DNA from: Amphiscolops sp. MND2022
Taxonomy: Eukaryota
DNA length: 64,000 nt
Reading direction: 5' to 3'
Assembly (NCBI GenBank): GCA_964187785.1
Contig: OZ076413.1
Span: 45,882,001 to 45,946,000 of the forward strand
Shown: in pieces, positions 1-12,492 of the stretch
Layout: each line of letters starts with the position of its first letter
Position numbering within the stretch: position 1 is the first letter of the stretch
Notes under the pieces: model-generated
Told to the model about the DNA's origin: nothing
Database searches by the model: none
Seen by the model: only the letters and a program-made list of their open reading frames with translations
Made by a program: the position numbers and the translations under genes

Positions 1-743
1 AGGCTATTTTTAGCTCATGGCTGTTGAAATACTGAATGTCATGTAAATTCATGTTATATAGCCGGGACACGTAGCCCCGGGGGAACAACTCCGTTTGATA
101 CCGTTAGAACCAGTTTGTTAAAACCGTTCAAATAAACTCTGTTTGCAAGCTTGAGAACTTAATTTAAATTCTTACCTCTTGCAATAATCTCTTATGCCTT
201 CTACTAGACGTCAGAAAGCGAAAGCTAGGAAATCTAGAGAAATGGACATGCTGTCCGACTTTGAAAACTTAGACGTGATGCTGGGAAATAGCAATAATAA
301 TCCCATAGAAAGGGAATTAGCTGAAGCAATAGATCAGTCCTCGACCCACGGGGACGTTGATACAAACGCGTACCTAGAAAATGAATATAGAGATTACTCG
401 CATGAAAATGACTTACTGAGACAAAATGAAGTCAGACAGTCCTTTGAAACTTTTTCAAATGAATTCAACCTCAGATTATCTCAAGAAATGGACTCTATGA
501 TGTCAATGATGCATAGTCAAATAAATAGAGCTATTACAACAGCTATAGCTGAAAGAGTCATTCCAGAAATTCAAAACATTGCTAACTCAATGTCCTCTAC
601 GGGGCACAGGGACACTGAGGCCAGTTCGTCCCCTAGTAGCCAGGAAAATAGGGAAAACGCATCTGGGCCTAAAACAAAGATCGCAAAGAAAGATTCACGA
701 TCTGTGGGAGATCTAAGAGAGACCACGGGTCAAAGTTCTTACA
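1..743 (+). mobile_element. 3' part of an LTR (solo or 3' LTR), same family as the 28006-34654 element; truncated by the window start
   Basis: Ends ...AGTTCTTACA at 743, like the LTR ends at 29630 and 34654, and is not followed by a TGG PBS. TATA-like TATATA at ~55-60, AATAAA at 131. Encodes the same gag-like N-terminal peptide. Confidence 0.8.
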
Positions 744-859
744 GCGTGGACCCTCTGGGTTTGAAAATTATTAAATGTATCAAAAAATTAAAAAGAAACT
801 CCTTTGTGAAATTTCAAATATCTGGAATAGTCCAAAAAATTTCACAGTCCCGAGAATGA
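194..859 (+). CDS. LTR-encoded gag-like N-terminal region (~183 aa) reading through into flanking DNA
   Basis: MPSTRRQKAKARKSREMD...LSQEMDSMMSMMHSQINRAITTAIAERVIPEIQ...KKDSR...SSY aligns by eye with ORF 29117 (LSQVTDSLMNFLQVQITRAINSAINDKMVPEIQ...KKDSR...SSY). The last ~38 aa come from sequence beyond the LTR end. Confidence 0.7.
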   Translation: MPSTRRQKAKARKSREMDMLSDFENLDVMLGNSNNNPIERELAEAIDQSSTHGDVDTNAYLENEYRDYSHENDLLRQNEVRQSFETFSNEFNLRLSQEMDSMMSMMHSQINRAITTAIAERVIPEIQNIANSMSSTGHRDTEASSSPSSQENRENASGPKTKIAKKDSRSVGDLRETTGQSSYSVDPLGLKIIKCIKKLKRNSFVKFQISGIVQKISQSRE

Positions 860-1624
860 ATCGACAAGCCTGAAATCTGAAATAAGAGGATTTTGACAAT
901 CGGCACTTTTAAGAAAATTGGCACGAAACTGTCAATTCGACCGGATTGAAAAAAAACACAACGCAAATCCACTATAATAGTCGTTGCGTTTCATCTCATA
1001 AAGCACTGACCAAAGTATCTATATGAGTTGAAAAATTTCGTTATGAAAGTTTTTATGAAAAGTCTTTATGAAATCTAAAAGAACAGTACGTGTCAATAAA
1101 GACCAGAAATGGGCAGAAATTATACTTTCATTTCTTTTTTGTTCTGATGATAATCTTTTTTGAGAAAATATGTAAGCCTTTCAAGAATCTCCACTATCCC
1201 CACCTTTTGATTACTTGACTATTACTTGACTTGATGAACATAATTCAAGTCTTCTCTCTCTCTCTCAAAGTAAAAATGGGAATAAGATCTAAAGGGAACA
1301 AGATCTCAAATTTCAGGACGGGAATATTATCTAAACGGAATAAGATCCAAAATCACTAAGGTTTAGATCTTATTCCTTAGATCCTATTCACCCCTCCCAA
1401 AATAGCTATGGCTCAGTTGGTGAAGGCGGACAGGGCGGAAAATATCCCGGTGCTTAGCGGGCGTCTTGTTAAGATTCTTCCCAGAAATACAAGGAAAATG
1501 CAATATATTGTAAGATCCATGTAAGGAACGCATTTTTTTCTGAACCAGGCAATGCAAGTTACACAGAGTTTCTGTCCGTTATTTAATTTTTGCTACGGTT
1601 ATTTCTGTAACGTCCTGCAAAATG

Positions 1625-1921
1625 AGTACATACAAGAGCTGGGGCAATGCCTAGGTTGCCTCTACAGCAGACAATGGTCCATCTACACTAGCTTCTCTCC
1701 CAAATTCCCACCTTGGTGACTTTTCTAACGTCGAGTAGACTCCTCAAAATAGAGCTCCGAGGTGACTTGCTGGCACACTGAAAGTAAAAACGCTTTCTGG
1801 CGTACCTAAGACTTCATACACACGTCTGAGGTCCAAAAACGTTTAAAAAGCGGAAACTTTATTAGCTGACTCGAGTAAAAAAAACATTCATTCTATCTCA
1901 AATACCTGAAATACTGCAACA
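1625..1921 (+). mobile_element. Probable 5' LTR of a decayed LTR retroelement (second LTR family)
   Basis: Homologous to 50431-50785 (AGAGCTGGG..GGTTGCC..GACTTTTCTAACGTCGA..AATACCTGAAA..TGCAACA). Homology stops at TGCAACA, which is followed here by a PBS-like TGGTAC. The TG start is not clean. Confidence 0.45.
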
Positions 1922-3309
1922 TGGTACAAATATGGCTCTTAACATAGAGTGAAAGGCTCGCCGAGAGTTTAATTTGCGGGAACTTCCCTACCAAAAATGG
2001 GATAAGCTGTAGTTGTGGAGTTTTCTGACAAAAAGAGACAACTTAGGCATTTTTGAGTGTATCCTCTAATGATTTCTCTGTCTTGTACGTCTGTGTACGT
2101 TTCTGGTCGTGAGTTGGCACAGCACGGGTTTGTGATATTTCGGGTCTATCGGGTGTGATTGTCTGGTTTTTGTTTGTTGTGTTCTTTTACGTCTCCAGAT
2201 TGATTTTGCATACCGGCTAAAACCGCCATTTGTCTTTCGTGCGGTACTTCGAGACCTTGGTAAATTTTTAGCAGGTGTTTTTTGTCAGGTGGACGTTACA
2301 TTCCTGTTGTTAACTGACAACCTTTGAGTGATTTCCGTCCACTTTCTTAATTTCTCTAATTTTCTAGGGTCTCTTGTTTTTCTGTATTGTATGATTTTGG
2401 ATCTTTAGGTCAAATCGGTGTGGGGCTAGGTTGGGAAGGGCTGTTTTACGGTACGAATGGAGTAGCATTTGGGATCAACGTTTGATTCATTGTTCCGATT
2501 TGGATCTTTGAGGGACTGTCAGACTTTGTCCTTTCAGGTCTGGGTTCGGTGTTCAGCAATAACTAACATTTTGACGATTAGGTTTAATTGCTACGATGCA
2601 GAATATACTGAAATAACATATGCAAAATGGAACAGCAAATAGAAAGGTTCTATGTGAAAGGGAAAGAGTGTAGAGGAGAAAAAACGAATGGCAAAAGCAA
2701 TTATAGAAGCAATCGCGAAGAAGTAAGAGAATATCAGTGGAACACGGAAACCGCGGAATTGCACAAAAGAAAAATTCTATTATTTGGCGCGGTGACTTGA
2801 ATTCCAAACTGAGCCACCATTGGCTAGAGGCAAACGTGCCGGCGCCACGTGGTCTCGGAGTTCTGCTTGACTGTATAAATAAGGCATACACAAGCAATAG
2901 ATGCATTCTCTCCACCACTGGCGGAGCTTCAGCTCAAACAGCCCCTTCCCCTTTTTACTCCTCTTCGTTCCCTTCATTCTTTCTCACCCATTTACTTCTC
3001 TTTTACTATTTACATTTTCCGCAGACTTCAAAGTCTAATTACCATTTCCTTTTCCCACGCCTTGCCTAATTATCTTCGGCAAATTCGTTTCTCCCACAAT
3101 CAAAGTTATCAACTTCTATTTTGTTCTCATTTTTCAATCTCAAAAAATGGTTCCTTTTTTCCATCTTGCATAGCCCGACTTCTCTCAACGGCGATTCCTC
3201 ATTTAGAAAATTTTCGTCGTTTCATCACTAGTTGGTTTGGTGAGTTTGACAAGACTTAGATGTTTTAGTTGAGATTTTTCATTCTTCCTTTCTCTGACTA
3301 TTTTCTAAC

Positions 3310-3550
3310 TTCTGATTTCATTTCTACGGTTGATAAAATATTAAGATTCCACTGTTTTTTCCACTGATTTCAACTCAATGATTAATAAAATTTCACTTAT
3401 AATTGGTCTGCTGGTTTCAGCTCAGCGATTGACAAAATTTCAACTTGAAAAATTTTCCATAGATACCAATTCTATGGTTGACAAAATCTCAACATAGAAG
3501 ATGTTCCGCTGATTTCAATTCAGTGATTGACAAACTTGTGACTGAGAATA
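3310..3550. repeat. Degenerate tandem repeat, ~47-bp unit, about 5 copies
   Basis: Recurring CTGATTTCAA.TC..TG.TTGACAAAAT.TCAAC motif. Confidence 0.55.
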
Positions 3551-3844
3551 TTTTTTTCGTAGCATGTTCTACTGTTAATATGTAGGCATTTTGTGCTTAA
3601 AAGAATTTTTTCTAATTTAAAACATCATTTACCAAAGCGAGAGCATTTTGTCAAAACATTCAAAAAAATTCGCTCATTACAAAAAAACGAAGAAATTTTC
3701 TTTCACAAATTTTTTTTTCATAAAGCGTCAATTAAAAAGTTTACGAATTGTTCAAAGCCATTCACATGCAAACAATTTTCAATTGAAAACTTTAAATGGT
3801 ATTGCACTAATTGGATTCATTTTGCGACTTTTCTCAGACTTACT

Positions 3845-4021
3845 TGATTGTAATTGTTGAGAATGGAAGGTGATTATGCGGCTGCAGTTGACCCACTTAT
3901 AGTGGAGGGCCAGGGAGCTGTTGAGACAGAGGCAACTCTTGCCAATGTCGAAGTTGCTGAATGCCAGCTCTATCGTCGAGTTGCCGGCCGCCGAAATGAT
4001 GAATGCAGACAGTGCGACTAC
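3845..4021 (-). CDS. Candidate internal exon, CUB-domain-like extracellular module
   Basis: Minus strand: ttttttctgttgtag acceptor, GTAAGT donor, phase 1-1, GC3-rich codons. Open peptide VALSAFIISAAGNSTIELAFSNFDIGKSCLCLNSSLALHYKWVNCSRIITF resembles the CUB I.A...TIEL.F..FD motif. Partner exons not found. Confidence 0.45.
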
Positions 4022-4244
4022 TACAACAGAAAAAATACCAGACAAGTTAATATGTGATTTTAGTCGGGGCTTTTCTAGTGGAAAGAATCCAGCTATTGCA
4101 GTGGCCAGTTTTTTTTCTTTTTTTTTCGCCAGACGAAATAGTTCACCCTGTATGTACCACTTTTTGTGCATTATGCACTTTTACCAAAAGTACTCAGTAC
4201 TTAATTTTGAACCCATACAAATGCCTCTAACTTGAAATACAAAA

Positions 4245-4617
4245 CCCAGAAGGTTCCCCCTTTCCAATTTTTCGGCACTATGAAACTTTCCCCGCTCTTA
4301 TTTTGGCTTTGTAAGATTTTTTTTCGAATCTTCTAAAATCTCCAAAGGGTCCTTCAATTTTTTTGATATTTTGCAACTGAGTGGATTGAAAAAGCCCAAA
4401 GGGACCCCTTTTACATTTTTCGGCACTATGAGACTATTCTCATTTTTTTCCAAAATTTTTTCAATGTCTCAAAGGGCACCTCCTTCAATTTTTTTTGATA
4501 TTTTGAAACAAACTGGATTTTCAAAAAGCCCAAAGGGCCCCCTCTTTTGCAATTTTAAAAACTTTGCGCTTTTCGAGCTTTGGATATAGCGCCGACTTTA
4601 GACGTTCCCGTCTTGTT
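4245..4617. mobile_element. Partial Helentron/DINE-like (HINE-like) short interspersed repeat
   Basis: Shares AAAGGGTCCCCCTTT...TTTTTCGGCA units and the GATATAGCGCCGACTT...CTTGTT end with 11826-12492 and 51196-51358. Confidence 0.55.
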
Positions 4618-5586
4618 GTTGTTATATTAGGAAGACTTTTAATTCAGAGAGAAAGAGAAATAAAATATTAATGTTTTAATGTGACGGGGTGGAAGCGGAG
4701 CCGGATGTTCTGTCTTTTTAAGTCTGTGCCTATTTTCATTTCAGGTACTGTATCCTCGTTTCAAGCTATCGTGCCGTATTAGCAGCCAAGTGATCCCGCT
4801 ATGGGTGGCTGGAAGTTGTACAGGTGACTCGCAAAAACTGTACACCTCTTACATTTTTGCGCGAATCGAAAACCAATCAAAGCTACCTAGGTACAAAATT
4901 TATCAAAATACACCTATGAAGGATGTATGAATCCTAATCGAACAGTCAAGCAAAAAACTGAAACGCATTTCGAGCTGTCAATTTTGACAAAAGCATCGGT
5001 GAATACATCGCTGTCACATGCATTTACATCTTTCTATCAAACCAAATTGTCTAACTTCTAAAATTGTGATGTTCTTGGTGTAAGGGAGTATAACCGCTAT
5101 CCCGCTATTCCCACTAATGCAGAAAAAGTTATGACAGGAACGAATTGAATCCTCAATTGTGATTTGTCGCCCCGCTCGATAGTGAGCTTCGAATGATGAC
5201 ACTATTATGTAACCTTGCAACCAGAATAAACGAAAGTTAATGCATACAATTTCTTCCATCTTACCATTCGGTTATATCATCGAGCGGCTAAAGTCACGCC
5301 TACTGATGGTCTTTAGGGCCATATTTTATTAGAAAGGAGTCGCAAAATTAATAATTAATTGTTTTTTGTATAAGAAACTAAAGCCCAACAGTTGACTGGA
5401 CTAGAAGTCTTTTCCTTGCTTCGTAGGTTTTAATAACACATTTGACTGAAGACTAAGATACACAATTACTGCCAATGATGAAAGAAATTGCATCCCATGT
5501 CATTCAGAGACTCCTGGCTGATGACAATCAATAATTTTTGTCCTTGTAGGCTAGGTAAAATTACTAACTGGAACGATTTACACTAA

Positions 5587-5743
5587 TGGAGAAGTAATTA
5601 AAAACTGGGAACTTCATTATCGATTTTTTTTGCCAATTGTTTGGAAGATATTTGAAGAGAAAATATTTTTGAAATATTTTTGAAATCGAAACAATTGACA
5701 ATATAAATCAAAAACGAGGTTCCCAGTTTTAATCACTTCTCCA
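5587..5743. repeat. Diverged foldback / small MITE-like inverted repeat
   Basis: TGGAGAAGTAATTAAAAACTGGGAAC...CAATTGTTT is inverted against AAACAATTG...GTTCCCAGTTTTAATCACTTCTCCA. Confidence 0.6.
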
Positions 5744-6379
5744 AATAAAAACATGAAAAAAGAAGAAAAAGTTAACATAAAAATTGTCAATGTCAGACTG
5801 AATTATGCAAAAATTTAGAATCTCTCGATATGACTTTCAAAAAATATATATTTCAAACGATTCCAAGAGATGAGATTTTACCGTTAATTTTTGTCAATGA
5901 TATGCCTGTAGCTAAAAGGTCTCAATTCAATTTTAGTTTTGTTCTTTGCCAAACAACCCAATGCTTAGAAGAAAGAAACCCACTGCTCTTAAACACAGCA
6001 TCCGCGAATTGTCCGAAATCCTCCTAATAGAGCGGAACCAATTGTCTCGGGAGGACAGATTTCTACTTCGAACGGACACTTTCCGTGAATACGAGAAACA
6101 GCTGGAATCATTGAAAAAAGATGGGAATAAAATTCTTCACCCTGAGATGAAAGAGTTTCCCTAGAGATGGCTATTTACAATGTTGATTGAATTATCAGGA
6201 ATACGAATGCTGCGAGCTAAACGGCGTGAACTTAGCTGGGTTTGTTGAAAAAGACTCGATACAAAATTATTCACTCCTGTAAAACATTTGGTTATAAAAT
6301 GGTGATAAAACGGAGAGTTTTCCTTGAAAATGTAGCTATTGATTTTGTAATTTGCTTTGATATAATTACCTACATAGCT

Positions 6380-6790
6380 TTTTGATCTTGCAAAAAATGT
6401 TTGTTTGAATTTGCTACTACCCATTTCGATTGAAGAAATTTCGACTGAAACGTGAATTTTTGATATTTGAGAAGTCTAAATTCAACCTTTTCGGAAATTG
6501 AAGATATTCGAAGATTCGTTATAATCTCCCGAACATATTCAATTGTCCTGATTGAGAATATTTTTGAAATCAGAAAAAGAGGTGTCTGGGAACACTGCAA
6601 CACGTGTATTAAGATAGGCTATGATGTTTGTGTTCACAAACTTAATGAAATTGTTATTAGAATTATTTCCTATAAAATCGAGAAAGTTTTTCATTCAAAT
6701 CATAATTCCGGTAAATAATTTGCCCTTAAATCTCCTGAGGATGCTGATATGATTTGATTGAAAAACTTTTTCGATTTCATATGAAATAAT
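6380..6790 (+). repeat. Dispersed repeat, paralog of ~20160-20530
   Basis: Shared AAAAATGTTTGTTTGAA.TT.CTACTAC, TAAGATAGGCTAT and AAATCGA.AAAGT blocks. Confidence 0.6.
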
Positions 6791-9580
6791 ATAGTATACA
6801 ATAGTTCCATACACTCATTCGTTGGATGTCAATAAAAGTGTCTTCAGCTGCCAGAAAGAAATTGTTTGGTTTAAAAAATCCGGAAAAAGCTGTCTGCTTC
6901 ACGCAGAAAAATAGAAATGGACTCATTGATCAATTCGAGCCTGTTTGGTATTTCTTTCAAAACTTTGGTTGAAAACCAACTCTCCTTTTGGTAAAACTTT
7001 GATGTTTATATACCAAGCGATCAAAGTCAATGATGTGCCTTTTTGCACAAAGTGGGATGTTTTTGAGTATTTCCTACCTTCATTTTCGGAAAAAAGTTGA
7101 CACTGATGTAAGTTGGAGACCACGCTTTTGCGAAAATTGGGAAATTGCTGTTTTTAAATTAGCTTGCATGTGTCCGTAAGAAAACAAGAAGGACAAATTG
7201 GAATGGTAATGTAAAAGCCTGGATGAAACGAATATGAATTTTTCAAACTGTTTCACGTTTCTAAAGTAAAAAAACTTGAGTCATGACCCAGTGTAAAAAA
7301 TCTTCAAACTCTTGCCAAGATATTGGATTTTCCTGCAAATTCCCGTTACGTCTTGAAACCCTTGATAAGATCTTGAATTATACTTGACCGTTACAAAATC
7401 TTGAAATTCTTGACAAGATTCTTGTCAATATTCTTATCAAGAAATTCAAGAGGTGAAAAATTCGAACTCATTGTTGGGACGTGAAATTTGCACGCGTCTC
7501 ACAATTTAGTACATTAAAATTGTAAACAAATATTCTCTCACAGGGTTACCTTAATAAAGAACGCTTTTCGGCACAGCGTTTCCTGAAACCGCTGGATAGG
7601 TAGGGTTTTATGAATTTTTGGTTAGATTGTCATGATTTCTAGATGAAAATGGCCCCGATTTAGAGACTGGTAGATTAAGATCTCAAACACCGTATTTTAC
7701 AGGAATAACGTTTGAAATAGCTATATTCTGGTAGAATAACGTCTGAACTAACCATTTTTGGGAATAACTTTGCTTGCGGGTGGAACCCATCTCCGACAAC
7801 TACCCGATCGACTTTTTTCATTTAATATTTTCTTTGATGTTCATCTGTTCAAGTGGAACTGGTCATTAGTGTAACACATTTGTATGGATTTGTAGGCTTC
7901 AACTGGTTATCTCATCTGGTAAAATGAATTGTGGATTACATTTAAGTCAGTTTTCGGTTTTTGGATCAATTGGTTTCACATGTTCTGAAGAAGGTTTTTG
8001 CTTTTGCTTCAATAGAAAACCTTCGAGTTGGTTTTGATTTCTCAATGTGCAATTCCTTGCCATAGTGTTAGTTTTTGGCACGTTTTTCAGCTGATTTACT
8101 TCTCTATGTTCATTTTGTTGAAGTCTTTCATTGTTTCGTGTTTTAGGTTTTTTGAGAATTTTAAGAGATGTCTTCTTTCGTGGGACCCTTTGGAGGCCAC
8201 GTTCTCGTCGTGGGTCCTGTCACGTGGAATCAAAATGGTTCCACTATCTGAGAGCCTCCGAACTCAATATAAGGATTGTGGTTCGGAATAGCTGCAAACT
8301 TTCTTTGCAGTTGGAAACCATATAAAACAACTATCTGATCGACTTTTGGATGCTTATAAATTTTACTTCCATTGATTTTAGATTTCCTTCCTGAACTTTT
8401 GTGGTTCGGGTTTCTTGGCGGTGGGCGGGAACTATTATTTTCAGTGATCAGAATTTTGCGCAGTACCAGCGCTTCTCTTTTTATTCCGAGTTATATCGCT
8501 TTGCGTTCATTCCATCTATTTATCTCCCCATGGATATATTAGCTACACGACTGATCCTTTTTGCATGAAGAATTGGTAAAAACATTTTGATCATTTTGAA
8601 CTGAACACTCTTTTCTGCGGAAATGTTTTCCTAAAAAGTTCAAAAATTGCTATGTACTTTATTCACCGTCATGTAAAACACTTCTTCTATGTTTCTTAGG
8701 AGCGGACTCCTTATTGTATATACAGACGGATAGAATTGAATTTTTTGCATCAAAAATTATTGATTGAATAATTAAGGAAGCCCATTGAGAAAAACGGCTT
8801 TCCGGCCAGATTCATCATAGTCTGGACCATAAATGACAAAATTCAATCAATAAAAATGTTTTTATATGATCTTACCATGATGGTCCAGACTATGGTCAGC
8901 CTGAAATTATAAACCTTTATGAACCATACTGCAATTAGTCTGGAATTATGAAAAGTTGGGTGGCCTTGAATGGTTTTTTCTACAAATACTTCTACCGGAA
9001 AAGAGCCATCAAACCTGGTTAAAACATGCGATTAGGTAGCATCATTTTTTTATGTTCAAAAGTACAAGTTTGCGAGAAGTCTGTTTGGTTCTACTAACGA
9101 TATATAAGCATAACGCAGTCAATCAAGGCGATTGATGCAAACATTGATGAAATTACTAGGATCTATCCTCACAAATGAACCTATGTTGCCTCGAAACTTG
9201 GAACAATTTTACAGACATTATATTCTGGAAGCCTGCTGTAAGATTACAAAGAGGTTTCCACTTTTTAAATCAAAAACTAAAATGTTCCCACTTCTCCATT
9301 GTTTCGAAAATTTCATTTTCGCATTTCAAATTTTATTCAACTTAAGTATTTGAAGTTAATCGAAATGTACTCTGAAGACGACGCTACGATGAAAGTGGCT
9401 GAAGTTTTTCTGCAAAAAAATGGCAGTAAAGCTTATAAGGTCTCGGCTGCATTTGGAAAAAAGAAATATTACATTTTAGAGCTTGCAAAAAATGCCATGG
9501 CTCCAAAATGCCGCAAATTAAGGGATGCATCTTTAGGACATCGAATTGAAATTCAATTGAAACAGAAAATTTTTGGTATG

Positions 9581-11566
9581 CGGAAAACTCGTCGAAAACA
9601 ACTCGCCGAAAACAACTCGTCGAAAACAACTCGCCGAAAACAACTCGTCGAAAACAACTCGCCGAAAAGAGAGGTAGGAAAACTCGTCGAAAATTAACTC
9701 GTCGAAAATCAAAGGAGTGCAAATTCGCCGAATAATTAAACAACGCCAATTAAGCACAAATACCACATCCAAACGCGTCTCAGATAAATTTAATAATTGC
9801 TGCCAATTATTTGAGTCCAGTTAAATATAACTCCGAATTGAAAAGATAAAAACGCTGATTGAAAGGAGATATAACTTTGCCAAAATTATTAGCTTCAAAA
9901 ATCCAAATCACTAACGTTGCTTACATTGCTATCATTCAACTTTTCTTATTATCAATCGAAATCATTCAACATGAGCATTGAATACGTGAACTCACAAAGG
10001 TCAAAAAACTAATATTCAATCAAACTTTCTATCTAAAAGATAGAGAATAACAAGGTACCACGTACTGGAGATGTGAAAACAGAGGCACTTGCTCATCAAA
10101 AATCCATGCGTATTGCGATACCGTCGTCAAAGATACCAACAGCCACAACCATGCCCGAGATGCTGCAAGAATTGAAGTCCTGAAAGCACTCACAAAAATG
10201 GACGAGCTAAGAACGACCTCCGATATGATGCCGCAGGGCATAATCGGCCCTGTTTCTCTGCAGCTACCGGACAGTGCGAAGGTGCAACTTCCCAAAAAAA
10301 TCTTCCCTGAAACAATCTCTCCGCAACAAACGAGTTGATACTATTGCAGCACCCTAAAAATACGAGCAAGAAATTTTCATATTTCCGGATTTGACCGAAA
10401 ACCTGCCTTCCGGAGAATCCTTCCTGCTGTATGACAGCATTGGCGATAATCCCCGCTTCATAGTGTTTGGCACTCCGGCTTCAGTAGCTGCTTTAACGTC
10501 TTGCACTCATATTTTCATGGACGGCACGTTCAAATCGTCTCCTAGTATTTTCTTTCAACTTAACACCCTTCCCGGATTATGCGGGATATTACTCTACCGT
10601 TCCTGATGTGTTTGTTACCAGACAAAATACTTCGCCCCGATTTCAACTCTGCGACAATCAATATAAACTTTGAGCATGCAGTAATAAATGCAGCAATGGA
10701 AACTTCACTGGAGCACAGATTTGGGGTTGTTTCTTCCACTTCTCCCAAGCCTTTTGGACAAATCTTCAGCGACACGGCTTATCTGAACATTATACCAAAG
10801 ACTCTGATTACGCCCTGAAGATGCGTTGTTTTCCCGCCCTAGCTTTCGTGCCACTCCACGAAGTGATACATTATTTTGAAATACTCGAGCATGTACATGT
10901 ACTCAATTATTAAACTTTAATTGCCTAAACTAATCCAAAATTTTGAAAAAGTACGATTTGAGAGCTCATCGTTTGACACAGGACTCAGGGCGTTTTCAAT
11001 GTTTTTTCTATTCCCTCCCCGACACCCCAAGATCCCGGAAGTAGGAATTTTGGGTAATCGGGCTTATCAATTTCCGTAGTTTCAATGAAAAATTGCCAAA
11101 CACTAGGCTCGAACTCGGACATCACACATTAGGGGCGTAGACATTACCACTTGTCCAAGTTCATTCATTTTTCAATGCTTAGGAACACTATTTATCGAAA
11201 ACTCAACGCACAATGAGCATTTTGATTGACACGTCTGTTTTACTCACGCACGCTGTGGTTGTATATTTTCCTTACACGTGTATGTTGAAACTCAATTCTG
11301 TTGAGAAAAAGTTGTTGACTAGTGTTCAGAGTTGTTTTCAAATTTTCGTTTGAAAATAGTGCCGCTTGTTCGAAAATCAGCGTCACTGTCAATCAAAAGT
11401 AGTTAGTTCACATGTGCGTCCTCTAAGACGCTCACTTTGAACATTTTGTTTTATCAATGGCTGAATCAAGTATCTGCTTGACTGAGGTTAGTTTACTTTG
11501 GTATTCTACGAGCTTTCCACTGTTGTGTTTTCGGTGAGTTGCTTTTCGACGAGTTTTCCTAGATTC
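9581..11566 (+). mobile_element. Non-autonomous MULE (Mutator-like) DNA transposon with repeat-array TIRs
   Basis: Inverted terminal arrays of AAAACAACTCG(T/C)CG; encloses FLYWCH and MULE transposase remnants; second copy at 38183-39742. Confidence 0.85.
9971..10890 (+). pseudogene. Frameshifted FLYWCH zinc finger + MULE DDE transposase
   Basis: YWRCENRGTCSSKIHAYCDTVVKDTNSHNH (FLYWCH); FLLYDS...FIVFGT...HIFMDGTFKSSPSIFFQL; INFEHAVINAA; GCFFHFSQ, spread over several frames. Confidence 0.85.
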
Positions 11567-11825
11567 TATGGAACCATGTGATGTCAACAAATTAAGGTGA
11601 GCTACAATACTTTATGAATAGTTATAAGGCACTTTAAATACATTGTGTAAAGTAGAAAAGAGTTTTTAAAATTTTGGTGAAAAAAAGTGTAATTTTCTCT
11701 GAAATATCGCTTACCGTTTCCTATGTCATTTGTGAATCTAGGAAAACTCGTCAAAAACAACTCGCGAAAACAACTCGCCGAAAACACAACAGCGGAAACC
11801 TCGTCGATTTGAATTTTCAAAACTC

Positions 11826-12492
11826 TTTTTTAGTCGGCGCTTCATGAAGTGAAACGCGACTATTGTAGTGACTCTTTTTTTTCTATCCACACGAACTGAC
11901 CAAAATAGTTCTTAAAAGTTCTACAAAATATTATGGATATATTAATCGCTCAAATTGCACCATTTGGCCTAGCGAACTGGACCAAAATGGTTTTACCTGT
12001 TTTTCCGCGTAACATACCATACCGGGAGAGACCAAAGAGTCCCCCCTTTCAATTTTTTTTCGGCACTGCGAGACATTTTTTTTCGGAATTTTTTTTCGAA
12101 TTTTTTTCCTCAAAGGGCCCCCCATGCATTTTTTGATGTTTTGCGACAGAATGGATGTTGGAAAATCCCAAAGGGTTCCTCCTTTCAGTTTTTTTCGGCA
12201 TTGTGAGACTTTTTCCCGAAAATAAAAAAAAAATTTTCAATTTTTTCATGCTTTGCGACAGAATGGATGTTGAAAAACCTCAAAGGGCAAAGGGTCCCCC
12301 CTTTCAGTTTTTCGGCATTGTGAGACGTTAGCGCCACTCGGTCCAATTTTTTTAGTATGTAATTTTTTCAAAAAATTTTTTCAAAAAATTTTCGATTTTC
12401 GACTTCTGTAAAAGAATACTTGACACTTGGAAGTCTTTTTGCTATTTTCGAGCCTTGGATATGGCGTCGACTTGGGCCGGTCCCGGCTTGTT
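11826..12492. mobile_element. Near full-length Helentron/DINE-like (HINE-like) element
   Basis: Subterminal inverted AGTCGGCGCT / GGCGTCGACT, T-rich borders, internal AAAGGGTCCCCC repeats, ...CGGCTTGTT end. Ends recur at ~45400-45438, ~51320-51358 and 63961-64000. The superfamily is inferred from architecture only. Confidence 0.55.

Noticed and set aside
3854..4235. Plus-strand ORFs 3854-4057 and 3921-4235 as genes
   Set aside because: Better explained as shadows of the minus-strand candidate exon.
9132..9540. Possible hAT-like transposase remnant (LEACCKITKRFP)
   Set aside because: Too fragmentary, with no termini found.
9581..9710. Regular AAAACAACTCG(T/C)CG repeats as a CRISPR array or repeat protein (TRRKQL)
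   Set aside because: No unique spacers; these are inverted terminal arrays of a MULE element.
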